Assembly (NCBI GenBank): GCA_027320085.1
Contig: DAHVLZ010000017.1
Coordinates: 1-50,826 of the forward strand
DNA from: Pseudomonadota bacterium
GTDB taxonomy: Bacteria; Pseudomonadota; Gammaproteobacteria; JAKAQQ01
Length of the DNA stretch: 50,826 nt
Direction: 5' to 3'
A program made the position numbers and the translations under genes. Positions 1 through 6,828 of the stretch are shown one piece after another. Position 1 is the stretch's first letter. Every line of letters begins with the position of its first letter. Below the pieces are notes generated by a model. It worked only from the letters and a program-made list of their open reading frames with translations, was not told the origin of the DNA and searched no databases.

Positions 1-1104
1 GCCCCGGACCGGTGACTGGACGAGCGCATCGGTGGTCGCACAGTTCGTCCCGTTGCCGAGCGCCGGAACCGATGAGGTGATCTGGGAACCCACACTGCCC
101 GAAGCACGGCTGTTGCCCGCAATCAACGCCCCCGGACCCACGAAAGCACCCAGGGAAACAGGAGTGCTCCCCACCGTAACCGTCGAGACCACCGTGTTAC
201 TCGTGGTGTCGATCACTGAAACGGTGGTGCCACCGGAATTTGTGACATAGACCCGGCTGCCGTCCGGACTCACCGCGACACCCTCGGGCTGAATGCCGAC
301 GGTGAGCGTCGTCACCACCGTGTCGGTGGCCGCATTGATCACTGAAACGGTGCTGCTGATAAAGTTGGTGACATAGACGCGGCTGCCGTCCGGACTCACC
401 GCAACGCCAACAGGGTTAGTGCCAACGGTCACCGTCGAGACCACCGTGTTGTTTGCCGTGTCGATCACCGAAACGGTGTTGCTGCCTTCGTTTGCGACAT
501 AGACCCGGCTGCCGTCCGGACTTACCGCAACGCCTGTGGGGCTCGTGCCAACGCCCACCGTCGAGACCACCGTGTCGGTGGCCGCATCGATCACTGAAAC
601 GGTGGTGCCACCGGAATTTGCGACATAGACGCGGCCGCCGTCCGGACTCACCGCAACACCATAGGGGTTGACGCCAACAGGCACCGTCGCCACCACCGTG
701 TCGGTGGCGGTGTCGATCACCGAAACGGTGCCACTCCTACTGTTTGCAGCATAGACCCGGCTGCCCTCCGGACTCACCGCGATACCAGTGGGGTCTGTGC
801 CGACAGGCACCGTCGCGACCACCGTGTCATTCGCAGTGTCAATCACTGAAACGGTGTTGACGTTGTAGTTTACGACATAGACCCGGCTGCCATCCGGACT
901 CACCGCAACACCATAGGGGTTGACGCCAACAGGCACCGTTGCCACCACGGAGTCATTCGCGGTGTCGATCACCGAGACGGTGCCGCTGCCACCGTTTGCG
1001 ACGTAGGCCTGGGGGGCGGCCCCGACCGCGCTGGCCATCACGCCCGACAGCAACACCACCATGGGAAAAAGCCCCCGATACGGAGAAAATAGACGAGATT
1101 TCAT
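1..1104 (-). CDS. Secreted YVTN-repeat (YncE-like) 7-bladed beta-propeller protein, 3' end beyond window
   Basis: Translated by hand; absent from the ORF track because it has no stop in the window. ATG at 1104 with GGGAGGGG RBS. Signal-peptide-like N-terminus [29 protein letters not shown], then seven 42-aa repeats ([42 protein letters not shown]), then a Ser/Thr/Gly-rich segment open to base 1. Confidence 0.92.
   Translation of the reverse strand, partial: MKSRLFSPYRGLFPMVVLLSGVMASAVGAAPQAYVANGGSGTVSVIDTANDSVVATVPVGVNPYGVAVSPDGSRVYVVNYNVNTVSVIDTANDTVVATVPVGTDPTGIAVSPEGSRVYAANSRSGTVSVIDTATDTVVATVPVGVNPYGVAVSPDGGRVYVANSGGTTVSVIDAATDTVVSTVGVGTSPTGVAVSPDGSRVYVANEGSNTVSVIDTANNTVVSTVTVGTNPVGVAVSPDGSRVYVTNFISSTVSVINAATDTVVTTLTVGIQPEGVAVSPDGSRVYVTNSGGTTVSVIDTTSNTVVSTVTVGSTPVSLGAFVGPGALIAGNSRASGSVGSQITSSVPALGNGTNCATTDALVQSPVRG
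150..1010 (-). repeat. Seven tandem 126-bp coding repeats (YVTN blades)
   Basis: Motif (a/g)catagac recurs at 245, 371, 497, 623, 749 and 875, with a degenerate copy at 1001; the period is exactly 126 nt. Confidence 0.95.
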
Positions 1105-1161
1105 ACGCTTCCCCTCCCTTGATCTACTGGCTTGCAAGAGCCGACTTCTTTTCCAACTTCT

Positions 1162-1190
1162 CTCATACCCCTTCCAGATCAGGGTGTCAA
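1162..1190 (-). promoter_or_regulatory. Putative sigma70 promoter of the YVTN gene
   Basis: Minus strand reads TTGACA (1190-1185), 17-nt spacer, TATGAG (1167-1162), about 55 nt upstream of the ATG. Confidence 0.55.
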
Positions 1191-1575
1191 ATGGCAGCCT
1201 GACGCCCCCCAGGGCGCTCTCGTGGGGTGGTGGCGGAGCCAGCCTCCGGAAGAAGACAAACCGAGACGGTGGGTGTGTTCCAGGTGAAGCGCATGAGGGA
1301 GGCATTCATCTTGGCGTTTGGAGGTGCAGCGCCGGATAGCCGGGGCCTGTAGAGCCGGAACAAGAGCTTTTGTCTGCCGCTCTCCCCTCAGCCCTCATGG
1401 CACCCGACCAGGAAGCACAGGATTTTGAGTTGCGGTTGGATACCTTGGGGCATCACGACCCCAGGATACCCCTGCTCGCCATGAAGATGTACCCCTGATT
1501 TCTGAACTTGTGCACACGAGAACCCTTGAAAAACCGGGGTTCACACCCGTCAACCGCCGTTACCCGGGAGGACGG

Positions 1576-2166
1576 CTAAGGAAGCTGTTCGCCACCCGGA
1601 CCGGACTCACCCTCATCGGGAAGCACATAGATGGCCGGCAAATGACGGCCGGATCCGGCGTGGTCCATGCCCCAGCCCACGATCCAGGCCCGACCGGCCC
1701 GAAGACCGAAGTAATCCGGACCCCCAACCGGCCGGGTCCCGCCCGGCGGCTCCTTGTAGACGAGCGCGGCGCTGCGAACCTTGACGGCACCCTGCCCGTG
1801 GGCCCACTCGCAAAGACTGGTCAGGGTGAGTCCCTCGTCCCACACATCGTCAACGAAGAGCACGCTGCGGCCCGCAAGCGAGAGCCGGGGCACCGCCTGC
1901 CAGACGAGACGGCCCGGTTCAGTCCCCTCCCCGTAGCGTGAAACCCGGACGAAATCGACATCGAGCGCAAAGGGAAGCCGCTGGGTCAAAGCGGCCCCGA
2001 CGTAGAGCCCCCCCGCCAGAACGACGAGGACCAGCGGGCGGGATCCCGCAAACTCCGCCGTGAGGTCTGCGGCCATACGGTCTAGGGCATCGGTGACCAC
2101 TGGCGCCGGGTACAGACAGGATGCACCCGGTGGCAGGATCCCAACTCCGGTGGATCCGTCGCTCAT
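1576..2166 (-). CDS. hpt: Hypoxanthine(-guanine) phosphoribosyltransferase
   Basis: PRT motif VLFVDDVWDEGLTL, VSRYG loop, C-terminal IVGWGMD...GRHLP; start overlaps the nagZ stop (ATGA). Confidence 0.88.
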   Translation of the reverse strand: MSDGSTGVGILPPGASCLYPAPVVTDALDRMAADLTAEFAGSRPLVLVVLAGGLYVGAALTQRLPFALDVDFVRVSRYGEGTEPGRLVWQAVPRLSLAGRSVLFVDDVWDEGLTLTSLCEWAHGQGAVKVRSAALVYKEPPGGTRPVGGPDYFGLRAGRAWIVGWGMDHAGSGRHLPAIYVLPDEGESGPGGEQLP

Positions 2167-3260
2167 CCCGCCTCTCCATCGTCACCAAACAGTCTCCCTT
2201 CCTGCTCCAAGGAGGTGAGGAGGCGAACCGCCTCCTGCCAATCCGGCCACTCGGAGGGAATCCCGGACCCTCGGCGCGGGGCGCCATGAAGCCGGAGCAG
2301 GCGCAGGCGGCTCGGAGGTGATTGGGGGTGGCGCAAAGTGCTCACCAGTTGGGCGGCTCCAGGACGGTCATTACAAATGAGTACCACATCCGACCCGGCC
2401 CCGAGCGCCCGGAGGGTCCTGTCTTCAAGCCCTCCCATCGAATCCAAGGCATGCATCGAGAGGTCGTCGCTCACAACGGCGCCTGCACAGCCCAAACGTC
2501 GGCGCAAGATCTCATCGATCCAGAAGGCCGACAGACTGGCCGGGTCGGGATCGAGTGCCGGAAAGCGGATATGCGCGGTCATGACCGAGATCTCGGGCAA
2601 GCGGCCAATAATAGTCCGGAACGGGACGATATCACGCCGTTCCAGGGTCTCTGCCTTCCGGGAATCGCTGACCGCTTCGTGATGGGTGTCGGCGCCCACT
2701 CCGCCGTGGCCCGGAAAATGCTTGATCGTCGCATGGACTCCACCACTCTCGAGCCCGCGGATCCAGTGCAGGGCCAACTCGGCGACCAGAGCAGGATCGG
2801 ACCCGAAGGCCCGGTCACCGATCACCGTGCTGTCCCGGTGGACCAGATCGACAACCGGGGCGAAACAAAGATCGATGCCAAGATGGTTGAGTTCCACGCC
2901 CGCCACAAAACCGGCAGCCCGGCACAGTTCGCGGGCCCTCTTCCGGTCACGGGCCCAGACCGCACCCAGAGCCTGGGCCGAGGGCAGGGCCGTCAGTCCC
3001 TCGCGGAAACGCTGGATGCGCCCCCCCTCGTGGTCGACGGCAATGAGGAGTGGTGGAGTTCTCAGCGCATGCAGCTCATCACAGAGCCGGATGACCTGCT
3101 CGGTCCCGGCATAGTTGCGGGAAAAAAGCACCACCCCACCCACCATCGGCGAGGCCAGAAGCTCCCGGTCCTCGGCATCGAGCGCGACCCCGGGCAGATC
3201 GAGAAAGAGCGGACCCAGATGAGTTATCGGTCGAGTGAACACCTCTCCTCCAGGGACCAT
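2163..3260 (-). CDS. nagZ: Beta-N-acetylhexosaminidase (GH3)
   Basis: AVDHEGGRIQR, KHFPGHG, DTH and SDDLSM motifs. The true start may be the GTG at 3242. Confidence 0.93.
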   Translation of the reverse strand: MVPGGEVFTRPITHLGPLFLDLPGVALDAEDRELLASPMVGGVVLFSRNYAGTEQVIRLCDELHALRTPPLLIAVDHEGGRIQRFREGLTALPSAQALGAVWARDRKRARELCRAAGFVAGVELNHLGIDLCFAPVVDLVHRDSTVIGDRAFGSDPALVAELALHWIRGLESGGVHATIKHFPGHGGVGADTHHEAVSDSRKAETLERRDIVPFRTIIGRLPEISVMTAHIRFPALDPDPASLSAFWIDEILRRRLGCAGAVVSDDLSMHALDSMGGLEDRTLRALGAGSDVVLICNDRPGAAQLVSTLRHPQSPPSRLRLLRLHGAPRRGSGIPSEWPDWQEAVRLLTSLEQEGRLFGDDGEAG

Positions 3261-3721
3261 TGACCGAAGGGCTGTTCGGCCAGAAACTGGTTGTAGAAGC
3301 GGGGATCGTCGGTCACCTCCCGGCCGATCCAGTCGGGGAGATGGACGGGTTCCCCCACACTTGGAAGCTCGACCTCAGCCAGGATCAGTCCGGCATTCAG
3401 CCCACCAAACACATCGACCTCCCACAGCCGTCCCCCCGAGGGCACGGCATGACGGACCTTCTCCACCAGCCGCCCTCCGGCATAGGCCTCGAGCAGTGCA
3501 TGGGCCTCCTCTGAGGGAATCGCATACTCGAACTCCATCCGGGCCGGACCGGAAAGACGGCTTTTCAGGGTGAGCCGTCCCTCATCCCCCGCGACCCGCA
3601 CGCGGACGGTCACCCCGGGACCCTGCGCGATATATCCCTGACGAAGGGGCCGGGCGGAGATGGCCAATGCCCGCCAGTCTTCCGAGCGGAGCAGATACTT
3701 GCGTTCGATTTCCTCCCTCAT
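3224..3721 (-). CDS. CYTH domain protein (triphosphate tunnel metalloenzyme)
   Basis: EIERKYL, RQGY, RVR, EKVRH, WEVDVF, AEVEL and EVTDDPRFYN motifs; ATG at 3721 overlaps the rlmD stop. Confidence 0.92.
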   Translation of the reverse strand: MREEIERKYLLRSEDWRALAISARPLRQGYIAQGPGVTVRVRVAGDEGRLTLKSRLSGPARMEFEYAIPSEEAHALLEAYAGGRLVEKVRHAVPSGGRLWEVDVFGGLNAGLILAEVELPSVGEPVHLPDWIGREVTDDPRFYNQFLAEQPFGQWSLEERCSLDR

Positions 3722-5001
3722 GAGCGGACAAAAAAGGCCAGGCATTCGAGATGGGCCGTCTGCGGAAACATGTCGTAGGTCCGAAAGCGCGCGAGGCGGT
3801 ATCCCAGGTCACGGATCAGCCGGGCGGCATCGCGGGCCAGGGTGGCCGGTTGACAGGACACATAGAGCAGGCGTTCGGGACGCCAGAGTGCAAGGGACTC
3901 GAGAATGGAAGCCGCACCGGCCCGCGGCGGATCAAGCACCACGCCCTCCACGGCCCCCTCCACCCCGAGCCTCTCCACCGGCCGGCTGAGGTCTGCCTGG
4001 CACACGCGCACGTTTGAAAAACCATTGCGCCGTATATTGTGCCGGAGGGACGCGCAGGATCCCGGATGACCCTCCACGGCAATCACCTGTCGTGCCCGGC
4101 GGGCCAAGGGCAGGGAAAAATTGCCGACTCCGGCATAGAGATCCAGCCAGTCTCCGGCCAAAGACGGCTCCGCCCACGTCACGAGATCGTGCACGAGCAC
4201 CCGGTTGATCCCTTCATGGACCTGGATGAAGTCGGCAACGCGGAAGGCAATCTCACAGTCGAACTCATCGAGCCGGTAGCTCTGGCGGAGGTCCGTCCCG
4301 TCCGGTGGATCCATCACCTGTGCCATCACTTCCTCCTCGATTGGAAGACCCTGCGATGCGAGCCGGTCTCCCGATGCCCTCCACCCGGCAGGCGCGGAAC
4401 CGGGACGACCGATCAGTCGTGCGGCCGGCCCCTGGTCTCCCGCTGCAAGCTCGATTCCCACAAGCGACCGGCGACGGGAAACCGGCGCGAGAAGCTCACC
4501 CAGCCGAACCACCCACCCGGCCAGTACCGGTGTCAGGATCGGACATTGCGTAAGGGCAAGGACGCCCCACCCCACGCGGGCCCGGTACCCGACCTCAAAA
4601 CGACCGCCCGAGGCGTCCTCACAGTGGAGCCGGACCCTCCGCCGGTAGGACCAGGGCAGGCCGGACTCGGGAGGATCCACCTGTTCCGGGCGAACGTGTC
4701 CGAGCCGTTCCAGAATCTCGAGTGTAGCCGAGGTCTTGTGTCGAATCTGGGCTTCGGGGGCGAGCATCTGGAGCGCACATCCTCCGCAGGTCCCGAAATG
4801 CAGGCAAGCCGGCTCGCGCCGATCGGCAGAACGCTTGAGGTAGCGCTTGGGTGTGGCTTCGTCGAACCGGGCGTGACGCGCCCCCACCGCGACCTCCACG
4901 ATCTCCCCGGGCAGGGCATCCCGGACCAGCAGCGTCTTGCCCCCGTGGTGTGCCACCCCGAGACCCTCGAGCGTGAGTCTTTCGATCTCAACCGACATCA
5001 T
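3718..5001 (-). CDS. rlmD: 23S rRNA (uracil-1939-C5)-methyltransferase
   Basis: N-terminal TRAM domain, CLHFGTCGGC Fe-S motif, DLYAGVGNF, LDPPRAG, YVSC, DMFPQTAHLE. Confidence 0.93.
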   Translation of the reverse strand: MMSVEIERLTLEGLGVAHHGGKTLLVRDALPGEIVEVAVGARHARFDEATPKRYLKRSADRREPACLHFGTCGGCALQMLAPEAQIRHKTSATLEILERLGHVRPEQVDPPESGLPWSYRRRVRLHCEDASGGRFEVGYRARVGWGVLALTQCPILTPVLAGWVVRLGELLAPVSRRRSLVGIELAAGDQGPAARLIGRPGSAPAGWRASGDRLASQGLPIEEEVMAQVMDPPDGTDLRQSYRLDEFDCEIAFRVADFIQVHEGINRVLVHDLVTWAEPSLAGDWLDLYAGVGNFSLPLARRARQVIAVEGHPGSCASLRHNIRRNGFSNVRVCQADLSRPVERLGVEGAVEGVVLDPPRAGAASILESLALWRPERLLYVSCQPATLARDAARLIRDLGYRLARFRTYDMFPQTAHLECLAFFVRS

Positions 5002-5810
5002 GCGGAATCCGCGGGTGACTCCCAGAAGCTGCGATCCCAGTGCGACAGGAATTCCTGCCAGTGGGGTTCCGGATGCGCCTCCAGGAAGCGCTCGACCTCC
5101 CGGACCGAGGCCCGGAACCGGTCACCCGTCAGGCGGTCTCGCAGGCGTTCCAGGCGGAGAAAGAGAAGATAGGTGGTGAGCGCATCGACTTCGCAATAGC
5201 GGTCGATGCGTTCCCGTTCGCCGGCGAGATAGGATGCGAGCACCTCGCCACCGGACAGATCCAGCTTGCCGGGCAGCCCGACGAGCCGCGCGGCCTCGTC
5301 CAGACGGACCGCGTTGCGCCCGGACTGGAAACCGCCCAAAACGTCCATGAGGTCCGTGTGCCGCCAATGGTAACGGGACAGGTAGTTATTGAAACGGAAC
5401 TCGGGCAGACGATCCCCGGTTTCCCAATAGACCGCCGAAGGAATCGCGTACCGGAGGGCTCGATACTGGAGGACCGGGAGATCGAAAGCGTTTCCATTCC
5501 AGCTGACCAGCCGGGGTTTCACGCGATCGAGGCCGGCAAAAAAGCGACTGATCCGCTCGCGTTCGCCGTCGAGACGGGAACCCAGGGAAAAGCACTTGAG
5601 TTCCTGATCCGTCCGGAGAACCATGCCGATCACCAGCACGGCGTGGAGGTGAATGGGCATGAACTCGCTCCCCCCCGTGTCCTGCCGGCGTTTCTGGAGC
5701 ATCGCTTCCATCTGCTCCGCTTCCGAAAGGTCCTGAAGCCCCCACAAACAGGATCCCAGCGCGGCATCCGGAATGGTCTCGATATCGAAGGCCAGTATCG
5801 GCTCGTTCAA
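4998..5810 (-). CDS. PolB-like 3'-5' exonuclease family protein
   Basis: DEDDy motifs FDIET, SWNGNAFDLP, HTDLMD and YCEVD; commonly found upstream of rlmD; TTG start. Confidence 0.88.
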   Translation of the reverse strand: MNEPILAFDIETIPDAALGSCLWGLQDLSEAEQMEAMLQKRRQDTGGSEFMPIHLHAVLVIGMVLRTDQELKCFSLGSRLDGERERISRFFAGLDRVKPRLVSWNGNAFDLPVLQYRALRYAIPSAVYWETGDRLPEFRFNNYLSRYHWRHTDLMDVLGGFQSGRNAVRLDEAARLVGLPGKLDLSGGEVLASYLAGERERIDRYCEVDALTTYLLFLRLERLRDRLTGDRFRASVREVERFLEAHPEPHWQEFLSHWDRSFWESPADSA

Positions 5811-5839
5811 GCCCCCCCCTGTTCCGGTGGCAGCGCTCT

Positions 5840-5857
5840 TGCTAGAATCTCATTCTA
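5840..5857. promoter_or_regulatory. Paired -10 elements (TAGAAT-CTC-ATTCTA) between divergent genes
   Basis: TGnTAGAAT on + (5840-5848) and TAGAAT on - (5857-5852) in a 46-bp divergent gap. Confidence 0.45.
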
Positions 5858-6828
5858 TGCGTAAAACCCAGATCGGGGGCCTCCTGGCATTATTGGCCAG
5901 CCTGGGGATGACCCCGGCATATGGAGCCCGACCGACTGCCTCGAAGCTCATCCTCATCGAACGGGTGGGCCAACCGGTTTACGAGGCATTCACCCGGGAC
6001 CTCGAAACCGCACTGTCCCGGCGTGGCATTGCAGGCATCCGGATCCTCAAGCGCGGACCCGGACTCCGAACGGATCCGTGGATGATCTCCCGGCTCGACC
6101 GGTCGGTCCTCATCGTGACCGTCGGACCCGGCAGCCTCGCCTGGCTCCTGGCCCGCAACCCCACGACACCGGTTTTGGCCATGTATGTGACCCGCGACAC
6201 CTTTCACCGTCTGACCGGATCCGCCCACGCGCCGGTCACGGCCATCTATCTGAACCAGCCCTTCGGACGCTTCCTCGACCTGGCCGGCATTTTGATCCCG
6301 CGCCTGCGCGCCATCTCCGCGGTTTTGAGCGAAAACCAGCAATGGCGACGCCGAATCATTGAACGGATTGCGCATGCCCACGGGTATACGGCCCATGTGA
6401 TCGTGACGCCCCCGAATCCGAGGGATATTTTGAGCGCATTTCGATTTGCCCTGCCGGGCACCGATGCCTTGATCGAACTCCCCGATGCCTCGGTCTACAA
6501 TTCGCTCACCCTCCCGGAAATCTTCCTGCGGGCCTTCCGCTACGGCGTTCCGGTGATCGGCTACGCACCGGAGTACGTCCATGACGGTGCCCTGGCCGGG
6601 CTCTATTCCACGCCTGACCAGTTCAGCCGGCAAGCCCTCCCGATCGTGCTCGCGGCGGCAACCCATACACTCTCCCGGCTGCCGGCACCGAGCTACCCCC
6701 GGCGATTCACGGTGCTGCTCAACCGGTCGATCGCCGGCACGATGGGCATTCCACTCCCGGGGCTGTCCTGGATCCTCAAGGCGTTGCACCAACACCCACG
6801 GCCGAAACCGATCGAGTTCGGGATATGA
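5857..6828 (+). CDS. Periplasmic ABC-type substrate-binding-like protein (ABC_sub_bind family), no transporter adjacent
   Basis: Signal peptide MRKTQIGGLLALLASLGMTPAYG; IVTVG, AIYLNQP, PDASVYN, PVIGY..EYVHDGALAGLY and NRSIA motifs; stop overlaps the kinase start (ATGA). Confidence 0.75.
   Translation: MRKTQIGGLLALLASLGMTPAYGARPTASKLILIERVGQPVYEAFTRDLETALSRRGIAGIRILKRGPGLRTDPWMISRLDRSVLIVTVGPGSLAWLLARNPTTPVLAMYVTRDTFHRLTGSAHAPVTAIYLNQPFGRFLDLAGILIPRLRAISAVLSENQQWRRRIIERIAHAHGYTAHVIVTPPNPRDILSAFRFALPGTDALIELPDASVYNSLTLPEIFLRAFRYGVPVIGYAPEYVHDGALAGLYSTPDQFSRQALPIVLAAATHTLSRLPAPSYPRRFTVLLNRSIAGTMGIPLPGLSWILKALHQHPRPKPIEFGI

Noticed and set aside
150-1010. Periodic repeats as a possible CRISPR array or DGR variable region
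   Set aside because: The period is 126 nt, in frame and coding, with no unique spacers; there is no cas or reverse transcriptase gene and no adenine-specific template/variable pair in view.
1240-1345. Possible c-di-GMP riboswitch (gacaaacc...)
   Set aside because: Lacks the GGCAAACC...GGGACGCAAAGC core and lies on the wrong strand for the YVTN gene.
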